DNA of 63,795 bases, filler included, from Octopus bimaculoides (GCF_001194135.2; 9 parts of 9 records of this genome joined end to end with filler, not necessarily neighbours in it); one strand, 5' to 3'. Positions 48,170-61,292 are shown, counted from the first letter of the whole stretch. Numbers and translations are program-made. Notes: generated by a model not told the origin, from the letters alone.

Positions 48170-49261
48170 GCTTTTGCTTTCGTTGCTGCAGTTGCATCTC
48201 CTTTAATATTGTCCAATATACCACTACAAATACATTAGACAGCGCACCTATGAAAAAGTATACATGCCGCATGTGAAGTATTTTATATGAATCAAATGTA
48301 TACTCACACTACAATAGATGGACGCTTTTAAAAAGATACAAAAAAAATAATGTATAAAACCGGACACAAATTGCATAATACCAAAGGATAATTAACGTTA
48401 GTAATATACTACAAGAACACTTAAATCAAAAACGATCTTATTGATAACTAAGCTCCAGCGCATGTAAATCTACGAACAATCTATCAAAGTCTAATGTGAT
48501 TTACAAATTCAATTGCATAAACTTAACGACTCAAACCGTTGTAGCAGCCATATAAGTACAGCACACACCCGCTGGTTTACCATGCATTTACAACAAAGAG
48601 CAATTGCAATATTATTACAGCATATAACACAAAACGAAAGCAGATACGTTGCAGAATTCCCCTCATCAAGATAACGAATAACGTAGAGGTGAAACTAAAC
48701 CGATTCATTAGTGGCTGACAGTCCACTGACATAATTTAGAACATGGTGTATTTTACCACACGATGTCTCTACGGAAAAGCAATTCTCAAAAAACAGCACA
48801 TTGCTAAAATAAACACACAGACAATGGACAAGAGAAAATACATAACTGATGACATTTAAACCTAACAGTTGATATATTTGGATACCACTTAATGCGGCAA
48901 GCTGGCAGAATCGTTGGCAAGCCGGGCTAGATGCTTCGCGGCATTTCGTCCGGCTTTAAGTTCAGAGTTCAAATTCCACCAAGGTCGACTTTACTTTTCA
49001 TCTTCTCGGGGTAGGTAAAATAAGTACCAGTTGAACACTGGGTTTGATGTAACCGACTCACCCCACTCCTCCGAAATTGCTGGTCGTGTGTCAGACTTTG
49101 GGACCAATATTCAGATACCAGTGCTGCTGCTGCTCCTCCCTCCTTCTCCCCCTACACCTCCNNNNNNNNNNNNNNNNNNNNNNNNNNNNNNNNNNNNNNN
49201 NNNNNTTAATTAATTAANNNNNNNNNNNNNNNNNNNNNNNNNNNNNNNNNNNNNNNNNNNN

Positions 49262-49307
<46 letters not shown>

Positions 49308-49997
49308 GTGTATGTATGTTTGTACCTGCGTGTTTATATATACATACTTCTACATGCACATATACGTATACATACATTCACAGACCACTTGTATATGCAT
49401 GGACAATCATACATAAAACATGTGCATACTTTCCTTTGCATTGTAAATCATTGTGTCATATACTAAAATACCAACTGAAACAAAGAAAGCCAGACTTACA
49501 TTTCCACTCTCAAAAAGTCTTTCTCGAAAACTCTTCTTTAGCTTCGTTGTTCACTTTCTCCCACCTCCTTATCAACGACTTATAATTCTTATAACAACGG
49601 CTAAAAGCAAAACACACGAACAAACAAACAATTGAACGAATACAGAAGAAATATTTTCTGTTGTTTGTAAATGCTATGTTAGCTGCATATTAAAATAAAC
49701 TAACTGACCTAAGAATTATCGATTTTATAATTGCCAACCACTTTAAAGCTTAATAAACGGATATTTTAAAGATTTGCAGAAGGGCCCAAAAAGAAATGAA
49801 TTGGATTGTAAAATGGGACGTTTTTCCCGGTAATTGACTCATTAAAACTCTTCCAAGTATATACGAATTAACATTTAAAACATAATTGCAATATACATTT
49901 AGTACAGTTATTATACTTTCGATGTCTTTACTTTGTATTATTGGATAACTACTTCTCTTTTTACTCTACCTACCGAAATGCATACATTCATAGAACA

Positions 49998-50063
<66 letters not shown>

Positions 50064-50888
50064 CCAAGCCAACCGGCCAGCTAGTCACTCATCTAGGCAT
50101 TCATCCACCAAGCCAGTCAACTTAGTTTGTATTAAATTGCAGTTGCAACAACTTCTCATCGTGAGAAGTAGATTAAGTCGGTATTTGTTTTCTGAGATGT
50201 TATCTAAACCTGAAAAATCGGAACACAACCCTTTGTATGTGTGTGTATGTGTGTTTTCTTTTTTCAAGAAGAAAATATGCAAAGTTTATTTATATCTGTC
50301 TAAAGTTTCATAAGGCACGCTTTAAAACCTGCATATTAAAAAAATTTCAAATCATCTAAGATTTGTCAAACACGATGTGTTGTGCATAAATAACTATTAA
50401 TTATTTAATCATTCCGCTGGCGTGGAGTTAAGTTCTGGTTTGTCTGAGAGTGCATCATTGAAACATAGAGGGCTACATTGTCCATCAACGACTCCTTTTT
50501 CCCTCCCATTATCACCTCCATATTTCTTCAAGGCACTCACAGTATCGTTTTCAACACTCTCAGTGGGGCGACGCCACTCACTTTGGGAATACCTGCTTCA
50601 ACGTAAAGCAACAGGACAGTACACTGCATATATATGGCTGTGTGGTAATAAGCTTCCTTCCAAACCACATGGTTTCGGGTTCAGTCCCACTATGTGGCCC
50701 CTTGGGCAAGTGTCTTCTACTATAGCTTCGGGCCGACCAAAGCCTTGTGAATGGATTTAGTAGGATGAGACTGAAAGAAGCCCATCGTGTATATATATAT
50801 ATACGGTTTAGATATAGATTCAAGGCTTGGATATGGTACTTATGCGAAGGCACCCGAATATCACATCCGAAAAGGATGGGTGATTAAA

Positions 50889-50946
50889 ATCAAACAATAA
50901 GCAACACGGATTTCAAAAGTGATTGCAGTACGCACGTTTCATGCTA
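50889..50946 (-). ncRNA. Hammerhead family C, 3' half only (rest in N gap)
   Basis: Exact reverse complement of 51306-51363. Confidence 0.6.
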
Positions 50947-51239
50947 NNNNNNNNNNNNNNNNNNNNNNNNNNNNNNNNNNNNNNNNNNNNNNNNNNNNNN
51001 NNNNNNNNNNNNNNNNNNNNNNNNNNNNNNNNNNNNNNNNNNNNNNNNNNNNNNNNNNNNNNNNNNNNNNNNNNNNNNNNNNNNNNNNNNNNNNNNNNNN
51101 NNNNNNNNNNNNNNNNNNNNNNNNNNNNNNNNNNNNNNNNNNNNNNNNNNNNNNNNNNNNNNNNNNNNNNNNNNNNNNNNNNNNNNNNNNNNNNNNNTGT
51201 TGCCACATTTGTAATATGTCTTTTTTCTACATTTTTTCG

Positions 51240-51328
51240 TGCAGCTGAAGATTGCTCTTCATATTGCATTTAAGGTAATGCTCACATTACTTAAATAAAT
51301 TGAAGTAGCATGAAACGTGCGTACTGCA
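51240..51328 (+). ncRNA. Type I hammerhead ribozyme, family C
   Basis: Stem I TGCAG/CTGCA; CTGAAGA 51245-51251; stem II TGCT-CTTCA / TGAAG-T-AGCA, extended by ATTTAAG/CTTAAAT and GTAATG/CATTAC; GAAA 51312-51315; stem III AC/GT closing GTGC; GUA triplet 51321-51323. Confidence 0.85.
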
Positions 51329-51359
51329 ATCACTTTTGAAATCCGTGTTGCTTATTGTT

Positions 51360-51394
<35 letters not shown>

Positions 51395-51644
51395 TGCATG
51401 TATTTGCGTCTGTGTGTGTATGTGCGTCTATGTTTGTCCCACACGCCATCGCTTGACAACAGATGCTGGTGTGTTTATGTCCTCGTAACATAAGGGTTTG
51501 GCCAAAGACCGATAAAAGTAGTACTAGGCCTACAAAGAATAAGTCCTGTGGTCGGTTTCTTCGGCTAAAACTCTTTAATGTGGTGCTCCAGTATGGCTGC
51601 AGTCAAATAACTGAAACAAGTAAAAGAAAATGAAAATAAAATAT

Positions 51645-53700
51645 AATTTAATAAACGTCCTATATACTTTCATGGATTACTCATAGTTTTCTGTGAGGAA
51701 AACGACTCAGCAGCATTTTATAATACGTCTGGTGCCTTCAGGCAATCCTCATACTATGATCAGATGGTATAACATGCTAAAACACGACGGAAGGTGAGAA
51801 AATACGATGAAAGGTGAGAAGAAAGCAGATGTAAAAGGTGGAAGGTTGAAAACATCGGAAAACAAAAAGAAAGGGAAAAGGAAAATGAAAACCTAAGGAG
51901 AATTAGAGTTTAGAGAGGGTAGTATTTTCCAAATCGACAACAGGAACTTATTCACTTGTTTAATTCCGCTGGAAATTCATCAATGCAGTAGAGTTCTATG
52001 ACCTGAAAAAGATCTGTGATCTTTCATCTACGCATAGCTTAAATGTTTCTGATCCGTTGACATATAGTGTGGACTTTTCAGTTATTTTCCATTTAGTTGT
52101 ATGTAGCGTGGTGTTAGACTTTAAACTCCATTCGTAGCTAGCCAACTTAGTGGCTTTCCTTTTGTTTCTGTGCCAGAAGAAAAACATATGGTTAGCATAA
52201 CTATATTTGAAGTCGCCTTCACATAACCTGATGCAACACTTCTTTTCGGCTATGTTATCATTTAGTGTTGCTTTAACTTCTGCGTCAAGAGTGACTCATC
52301 ACTGGTTGAGTGGAGAAGTTTCTGGATCTCGATTGTTACAACTGGGAGTAGGCTCTTGGTGGTGTTTGCTTGTAATGATGCTCTTGATATTGGCAGAGCA
52401 GCTATATGATAATTTGACCGAGCGCCTGTTGAATATTTTTCTCTACCGATGATTTACGGGAAAATGTTTATCTAAGGGAGACAGGAATCTTACTTATTTT
52501 GGTTTTAACATTAAGGGAAATATTGAGGACGAACCAAATTATTCTCCTAGGTGTATTTATGTTATTCCTAGAAGGGTTGTAAATGAATTCATCTTAAAAC
52601 CACTATTAGCTAGGGCATTATCGTACTAGGGGCTGCTTTCTCAAAACATTCTTTAGAGGAAGAGAGGTTAGATATTCTGTTGTTAATGTTAGGTGTTTAA
52701 TATTTTAGACACTATGGGTGATGGGGTGGAGGTGACCAAACTATGTATATTGGAAATTTTCCCGTTGGGCATATGGTAAGGTTTATAAGAGGAAGTGTTT
52801 AGATCTAGAGAAACATCTAAAGGATCGACTTTTGACGGATTAATAGCAACTGTGATTTTAAGGTCCAATTGACTAAAAATGGAGGTGATATTTATCTAGG
52901 GTGTGACCATCACAGCCACAGGAAATACCCAATCCATCGTCGCGGTATAGACTAATGTCGTGGGATGGGCACTTGGACCTGAATGTGCTTAATACAAGAT
53001 CACAGATGTCAGCACTGAAGTATGGTTCCATCGATACGTCAAACAATTCAGCGGTATCGAACTTTTTTACCCATGCTGAGCCTTACTAAACAGAGTGTTT
53101 TTCTTGCATGCACGATAAAGTCTAGGTCTACAGAGCCTATACAAACATAAGATTTATCAAACTTGACCGCCTTATCAATCAGCAATCTCGATACAAAGAA
53201 ATAAAATCTATAATATCGAAGTGAGCTACGTATAGGGTTTGAAGTCTAACGTCACGCTTTTTGAGACGTAACAACTCCACAGCACTGCTGAATTCCAGAT
53301 CTGAATTTTTCAGTGAATGTAAACATATGGATAAGTTCCTATTGTCGAATTGGATAATACTACCCTCTCCGGATTGAGCAGCTCTACCGCAGAGTCTAGG
53401 CCCCTCTCCATTCAGTCTTATTACGATTTTTTTGTCGGAGGGAGCTTAACTCTAATTCACTCCTACTTTTCGTTTTCTTTTGTTTTCTGGTGTTTTCAAC
53501 CTTGCGCATTTAGATCTACTTTCTCACCTTTCATCATATCTTCTCTTATTCTATCGTCCTGTTTTTGCTTATTATGCTTTGTCGGCTCAGCCTGAGGATT
53601 GTGCAAAGGCACTAGACGAATTATAGAATGCTGCCTGAGTTGTTTTTATCGTATAAAACCATTAGTAGCTCATAAAAATATATAGTGTCTTTATTAAACA
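51645..53700 (-). mobile_element. Third Naiad-type Penelope-like element, old and degenerate, with 5' inverted copy of its own 3' end
   Basis: Minus-strand remnants FDIIDF, ARKT, FDVSM...ADICDLV, DVSLDL, ISNLSSSKECFEKAAP, IIWF..LNVKT, ATKLASYEWSLK...WKI...KLCVDE. The inverted arm 53221-53700 (+) encodes LLNSRSEFFSECKHMDKFLL and matches 51645-52035. Confidence 0.8.
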
Positions 53701-53829
53701 ATGTTTATCTTACTCCAGATGGAATACTCTTTTTGATGATCTTAATTCCACGGAATAGTATATTATATACATACATTCATACAAATATATATATATATGA
53801 AAATAAGCAACACGGATTTCAAAGGTTAT

Positions 53830-53918
53830 TGCAGTACGCACGTTTCATGCTACTTCAATTTATTTAAGTAATGCGAGCATTACCTTAAATGCAATATGAA
53901 GAGCAATCTTCAGCTGCA
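53830..53918 (-). ncRNA. Type I hammerhead ribozyme, family C (third copy, within repeat ~53800-54150)
   Basis: Reverse complement is nearly identical to 51240-51328 (loop CTCG vs CTCA); the 3' end abuts (TA)n at ~53785-53799. Confidence 0.85.
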
Positions 53919-54350
53919 CGAAAAATGCAGAAAAATTACTGTAGAAAAGACATATTATAAATATGGCAACATTTCAAATCCAAGTGGGATAGAGAATACA
54001 TAAAAATCCAAATGTGAGGAAGACTACATAAGTCCATCTTGACATAGCCGAGTCTATCAGGCTAGTAATTGATTCTAGACAAAAGTTTTAACTGACTCAG
54101 ATTTTATTGTTTCTTATCTAGTGGTGATAGCAAAGGGACAATTACTTCTANNNNNNNNNNNNNNNNNNNNNNNNNNNNNNNNNNNNNNNNNNNNTTAATT
54201 AATTAANNNNNNNNNNNNNNNNNNNNNNNNNNNNNNNNNNNNNNNNNNNNGAGAGATAGATATGTATGTATATATATTGATATATGTATATATATATATA
54301 TATTGATATATATATGTATATTTATATATATGTATATATAGATATGTATG

Positions 54351-54395
<45 letters not shown>

Positions 54396-54407
54396 NNNNN
54401 NNNNNGA

Positions 54408-54445
<38 letters not shown>

Positions 54446-54689
54446 AAGAGAGAGGGGTATATATATATATATACACACACTTGCTGAGAAGAACATTTCA
54501 GAGCTACCTTAATACAGATTATTAACAGCCATGTAGACAAAACAAAGAACGAATTAGAAATACAAACACGTTCTATGTGGTTTCGTTCGATGAGATGGTT
54601 TTTCTGAAATCATGCAGATACACGCACGTATATACATTTATACACACTCACCCACATACTCATATACATATCTATGCACGCACATAGAG

Positions 54690-55175
54690 ATCAGTCATGC
54701 CTTCAATTCGTTTAGTGAGTACCCTCTGGTGTGATTCAATCCTCGAGATGTTTTGTTTTGTATGGGGAGACCACAAGGGGCAGCAGTATTCGAGCTGTGG
54801 CCGTACAAATGAGGGGAAACGTGTAATGATGACACCTTGTTCTCTGGACCGGAAAGTTCTGAAGATCCAGGTGCTAATCCTACGAGCTATATTGACCTTA
54901 TTGTTGATGTAGGCACTCCAATTGAGATTGTTGCCAACAATTACACCCAGATCTCTGATATTATTGGATGCCGTGAGCGGTTCCCCTGAAGGAAGAGAGT
55001 ATGGCTGTTTTAGTATAGACTTCCAAAGTGCATCAGCTCAAATTTTCCTTTCTTCAGTTTCATTTTGTTTTTGTGTGCCCATTGACTCACAGCATATAGA
55101 TCAGATTGGAGTTGGGTTCGGTCTCCTTCTTCGTTGATGATTTGCTGGAGCTTAGTGTCATCAGCAAATATTTTC
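54690..55175 (-). mobile_element. CR1-group LINE RT fragment
   Basis: TKIFADDTKL, LQSDL..VSQWA..NKMKL...KFELMHFG, IRDLGVIV, FVRPQLEYCCPLWSPH. Confidence 0.85.
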
Positions 55176-55214
55176 GTTTTCCATTGTACATGTATATATG
55201 TATATGTATATATA

Positions 55215-55480
55215 TATATGTACATGTATATATAGCATTTGTCGAGCTGACAAGGGCATTTGATAGTCAGCAGATCAGGACTGTACGTGGTGCTTGGAAA
55301 ATGTGGCTGTCCCCCAATAGTTCTGCAGCTCATTGTTTCGTTCCATGATGACATGAAGGCCACCATTCAGTTTGACAGTTTGATATCAGATAGCTTCAAC
55401 ATCAACAGCAGAGTAAAACAAGGTTGTGTCTTAGCACCAATCCTTTTCAGCATTTACTTTGCTGCATTGCTGCATTTCAC
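55215..55480 (+). mobile_element. RTE (BovB-like) RT fragment
   Basis: AFVELTRAFD...LGKCGCPPIVLQLIVSFHDDMKATIQ...VKQGCVLAPILFSIYF. Confidence 0.88.
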
Positions 55481-55963
55481 GAGTTGCCGGGAGATGTCTA
55501 CCTTTGTTGGAGAACTGATGGGTCTAAAAGTGCCTCCATTAAATTCTCAAGATTTCCGTGAGCCATTTAAAATGGATGGTGGATGATGGCCTCCTTTAAC
55601 AGGGTTTTTATGGTAAGTTATCCCTTGAGAAACCGAATTAGACTAAACCAAGAGAAACAGTATAAAGAATTGACAAAAAGAAAAAGAAAACAGTCTCGGT
55701 GAGTTGAATATACCATACAAAGATGTTGAATCTATTGTTGACGGCAGAAATAAATTATGGAAAACGATCGGGTCTGGATAAATATTTTGAAGAAAACAGA
55801 AGAGGAAAATGGATCTAAAGAAACTAACACCTCACTGAACACGGAAATAGTATCATTCTTCAGCTCCTTAATGTAGGGTAAGATTGGCTTTTGTAAGGCT
55901 AGTTTAACTTCATATCTCATGTCCGAGAAGTTAGTTCAGATGACACAAAGATTTCTAGCGGAC

Positions 55964-56150
55964 ATGATAATATGCCATAACTGTCATAACACGTTTATGT
56001 CCTGCACTGGCCTAAAATGGCGTTGAGATATCCATAATTCAGACAAGTCAAATAACACTGTGCTACTTGAATTGAGGAATGTGTGTACGGTTTGCAAGGC
56101 AAATTTCAATCAGCTCTCAGGACTCGAAACAACTTATGTGGTCGTACAAA
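55964..56150 (+). pseudogene. Degenerate pair of C2H2 zinc fingers
   Basis: CHNC-x3-F-x5-L-x2-R(CGT from CAT)-x3-H with an in-frame stop, a 21-aa linker, then CTVC-x3-F-x5-L and a frameshifted KQ(L/H)MWS(Y/H). Confidence 0.5.
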
Positions 56151-56826
56151 GGAAAAAGCACATCTAACATGAGGTCCAGCTTTCAATTTCCTGACTACTA
56201 CTTCCCCGTCTTCTCTCCCTCATACATACATACACGCATACATACATACACACATATACATATATACATAGATAGATACACGCATATACATATATTTTAC
56301 CTTTTATTTCATTCTTTTGTTTCAATCATTTGACTGTGGCCATGCTGGAGCACCGCCTTTAGTCGAATGAATCGACCCCAGAACTTATTCTTTGTAAACC
56401 TAGTACTTATTCTATTGGTCTCTTTTGCCGAACCGCTACGTTACGGGAACCTAAACACACCAACATCGATTGTCAAGCGATGGTGGGGAGACAAACACTG
56501 ACACACACATACACACACATACACACACATAAACACACACGAAAATAAACAAACACCCTCCACACACACACACAAATTTATATGTGTGGTACTCAAATGC
56601 TTCCGTGTGTGTGTATGTGTCGGTATGTTCGCGCGCTTTTATTATGTGATTGACGATACAATAACTGAAGTAAGATCGAAATACGTTTTATTGTGATGTC
56701 AAAATATCAACTTCACACACACACACACACACACGAGTATGTGTGAGTGTGTAGATACATATATATGTACATACACACACGCATGCATACATACATACAT
56801 ACATACATACATAGACTCGAATTTAT

Positions 56827-56857
<31 letters not shown>

Positions 56858-57314
56858 CACACGTATATAACTGCCCATACATGTATGTATATACACTATA
56901 AATGTAATAAATATAATGCACAAGCACCTGTGTAAACTGACACACGCAGACATTTTCTTAAATATTTGTATACAAAAGAAATTAGACAGACAGACAGACA
57001 GACGGACGGATGGATGGATGGATGGATGGATGGATAGAAAATTCTGGAATTACATGTGTGCATCTGCGTATTCGTTTATATATGTATATATATAAAATAT
57101 ACATGTGAATATGACATGTATAGCTTTATACAGTATAGAGATTGCTTATGAATCTGTGTGTATACATACATACATACACATACACACACGCACACAAATA
57201 TATAGTATATTTTATGTCTATAATATGCATATATCATAATTTATATACTATATAAATATATACACACACACATGTACATATATATATATAATGTATGTAT
57301 ATATATAATGTATG

Positions 57315-57363
<49 letters not shown>

Positions 57364-57974
57364 GCGTGTATGTAATCAGGATTATGCAGCTCATATCCAC
57401 AAATATATACAATTTCATATGAAATCCTTTGCGTATTCCCTGCAAATATATTTACATTCATACTTACACAAACACACCCAACCCAACCTACCTACACACA
57501 CACACACACACACAAACGCGCGCGCACACAGACGTATTAGCGCGCGAATATGTCCGTGTGTGTGTGTCTGTGTGTAGGCGTGCGCTTGTCCGTCTTACAG
57601 TGTGTATATCTGTCTGTCTGTATCGGCCAAATTTATCGTTTCTCCTTACACTTTGAATTCAATTCCAGCCAAGGTCAGCTTCTTCTCATCCTACCGGGGT
57701 CGATAAAATAACGTAACATCGCATTGATTTAGATCGGTGGGAAATCTATCGTTGTAAAAATGGATTACCATGTCTGTCCTAATTCCGTGTTCTTCAAGGA
57801 ACACCACTGGTGCCAGTTTCTATCGAACCGTTTCGTTCCCATGCTCAGCATTGGTCCTATGCCGAGTCTTAAAACGCACGAAGTAAATTCTCGGGGCAAA
57901 TACAATGCCTAACGATTATATATATGTATATATGTATATGTGCGTGCGTTCGCATTTATGTATGTAGATAAGTG

Positions 57975-58025
<51 letters not shown>

Positions 58026-58072
58026 NNNNNNNNNNNNNNNNNNNNNNNNNNNNNNNNNNNNNNNNNNNNNNN

Positions 58073-58150
<78 letters not shown>

Positions 58151-58723
58151 CAATATGTATAAGTATACAATATATATGTGTGTGTCTGTATGTATATGTG
58201 TATATATACCCACATATACAAATATGCATATACAGATTTACATAGATACACATACGCACGTAAATATATATATACATACGTGTGTGTGTGTGTGTGTGTG
58301 TAATTTCTAATATAGGCACGTAGCCGAGACTTTCGCGGGAAGGGAAAGCTGATTGAGGCTAATTTATTGGAATGACACCTGAAGAAAAGGCAAAACTGAC
58401 CAACGTAGCAACTGCCCTCAAAATCTGACAAGCAAAACACTTGTTGTTACGATCTACCGATTCTATTCACCCTCACGTTATATAAATATGTGGCTCTTAA
58501 ATATCTGTATACATAGATACATACATATGTTAATGTTTAAGAAGGTTACTTGCTAGCTATATGATATCGGGTTCAATCGTCCACAACGCAACACTTTGGG
58601 CTTCTATATAGCGCCCTGAATTTGCTGGAAAGAGATAGTATGGAAGCCCGCCGTATGTGTGTATATATATATAGAAATATATATATATATATAGAAATAT
58701 ATATATATATATAGAAATATATA

Positions 58724-58763
<40 letters not shown>

Positions 58764-59184
58764 GCATATACATATATATACACGCATATACATACATATA
58801 TATATATAAACGCATATACATGTATATAGATATATACACGCACACATAAATATGTATATACACACATACATACATATACACACACACACACACACACACA
58901 TATATATTTACTGACATTCGGTGTTGGTTTGTTCGCGCGCTCTCAAAATTGCGATTCGGCAAGAGACCCCGATGGAACAAGTATCAGGATTAGAAAATAT
59001 GTGCATTCATGTCAGTGCTCCAGCATCGCCGTAAACGGCAAGCAAATTCACACACGCGTTTATATATATATATATATATATATANNNNNNNNNNNNNNNN
59101 NNNNNNNNNNNNNNNNNNNNNNNNNNNNTTAATTAATTAANNNNNNNNNNNNNNNNNNNNNNNNNNNNNNNNNNNNNNNNNNNN

Positions 59185-60423
59185 AACAAAACAGGCAAAG
59201 GAATATCTAAGTGAATTCCAATTACAACAAATCCGAGAATTAGACGAACTAGAAACACCCGCAGAAAAAGCTAAACGCTCGGAAACCCGTGCTAAAATTG
59301 CTGCCTTAGATATTATGACTGATAAATGGCATGGAAAACCTCTCAATGGCAAATACCCAAACAAAGCGAATAATGCAGATATTGACAAAGCCCTTACCCA
59401 TCAATGGCTAATGGCCTCTGGCTTGAAATCAGAAACAGAGGGGTTTATCATAGCAGCCCAAGATCAACGCCTACCTACAAAAAACTATCAGGCCAACATA
59501 TTAAAGAACGACAGCTCCCCATTATGTCGTATATGCCAACAACAAAATGAGACCATCGATCATGTTGTCTCCATGTGCAGTTTGCTTGCGCCTACAGAGT
59601 ATCTCAACAGGCATGATAGAGCTGCACAATATATTCACTGGGTAATTTGCNNNNNNNNNNNNNNNNNNNNNNNNNNNNNNNNNNNNNNNNNNNNNNNNNN
59701 NNNNNNNNNNNNNNNNNNNNNNNNNNNNNNNNNNNNNNNNNNNNNNNNNNNNNNNNNNNNNNNNNNNNNNNNNNNNNNNNNNNNNNNNNNNNNNNNNNNN
59801 NNNNNNNNNNNNNNNNNNNNNNNNNNNNNNNNNNNNNNNNNNNNNNNNNNNNNNNNNNNNNNNNNNNNNNNNNNNNNNNNNNNNNNNNNNNNNNNNNNNN
59901 NNNNNNNNNCTTCACCATTCAAACTGACAGAAAGATAGATGCAAATAGGCCAGACATCATACTGAAAGACTTCAGACAAAAATCATGCCTCCTCATTGAT
60001 ATGACTATCCCAATCGATATAAACGTATCTGTCAAGACCTACCAAAAACTGAGCAAATATAAAGATCTTGAAATAGAAATTAGCAAAATGTGGAATCTGA
60101 AGACGAAAACAATACCTATTGTCATAGGTGCCCTGGGAATGACAGCGAAAAGGGCTGATTACTACCTAGTTCAGATACCAGAAAACCCCAAAATGGCTGA
60201 AGTTCAAAAGATAGTGCTCATGGGAACTGCCCATATCCTACATAAAATACTGTCTATGTGATCTCAAATTTTAAAACATTCTTTTAGAACAACACTGTAC
60301 AAATTCAAATATATGGTACCCTAGGCATAATACCTACATGAACTTCTAACTTGTTGTCTCTTGAGGTCTCTGGGTGAGACTTGGATCCAACTTGTACAAA
60401 TGCAAAGCAAAAGTCAAACATAA
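59185..60423 (+). mobile_element. R4/Dong-clade RLE retrotransposon, 3' part (CCHC knuckle + PD-(D/E)xK endonuclease)
   Basis: WHGKPLNGKY, KSETEGFIIAAQDQ, CRICQQQNETIDHVVSMC, RHDRAA, RPDIILKD...LLIDMTIP...KLSKYKDL, PIVIGALG, QKIVLMGTAHIL. The 3' UTR runs into (TAA)n at 60424-60450. Confidence 0.92.
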
Positions 60424-60424
60424 A

Positions 60425-60457
<33 letters not shown>

Positions 60458-61068
60458 GTTGCTTCAAATTTTAGCACAAGGGCAGCAATTTTAAAGGCAA
60501 GAGTTTAGTCGATTACGTCAATAATTGTGCTTGGTCGGTACTTCATTTTATGGATTCCCGCAAAGTAAAGCTACACTGATCTCGAAGAAATTTGATCTGA
60601 GAATGTAATGAGTTAGAAGAAATACCGCTAACGATTTTCTCAGTTCGTCGCCTTAAGGCTTTCAAATTTTGGTACAAATTCAGTAGGTATAAGGGGAGGC
60701 AAGGAATTATTCCGCACCATCGACACTAGTACTTGACTGGTACTCTATTTTATCGACCCTTGAAAGAAGAAAGGTAAAGCTGAGCTGGGCGGAATTTGAA
60801 CTCAGAGTGTAAGAAGTCAAAGAAATACTGCTTGGCATTTTGCTCGACGTTCTAACGATTGTAATGATGAGGATGATGATTATGATGATTATGATGATGG
60901 TTATAAGATACTTACATACATACACACATACACATACATGCATGCATACACACATACGCATATATATANNNNNNNNNNNNNNNNNNNNNNNNNNNNNNNN
61001 NNNNNNNNNNNNTTAATTAATTAANNNNNNNNNNNNNNNNNNNNNNNNNNNNNNNNNNNNNNNNNNNN

Positions 61069-61292
61069 GGCACATAAAAGACACCATTTCGAGCGTGGCC
61101 GTTTTCGTGCGGGTGACACGCAAAAGCACCCACTATACTCTCTGAGTGGTTGGCGTTAGGAACGGCATCCAGCTGTAGAAACTCTGCCAAATTAGATTGG
61201 AGCCTGGTGTTGCCATCCGGTTTCACCAGTCCTCAGTCAAATCGTCCAACCCATGCTAGCATGGAAAGCGGACGTTAAACGATGATGATGAT
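61069..61292 (+). mobile_element. RTE 3' UTR/tail fragment (young-looking)
   Basis: GGCACATAAAAG.CACC subrepeats and CCAACCCATGCTAGCATGGAAAGCGGACGTTAAACGATGATGATG, the same tail type as 3895-4010. Confidence 0.85.

Larger units (their letters stand above)
50630..51630 (+). mobile_element. SINE family A split at its internal (TA)n by an inverted hammerhead-bearing insertion (~50804-51363)
   Basis: SINE head and body 50630-50790; SINE 3' half resumes at ~51390 (TTTGTCCC...CGCTTGACAAC...ACTGAAACAAG). Confidence 0.8.

Noticed and set aside
53592-53640. CTGAGGA + GTGC-AAAG-GCAC hairpin as a hammerhead in the third Naiad arm
   Set aside because: GAAA is missing in both arms (AGAC instead). At most a decayed remnant.
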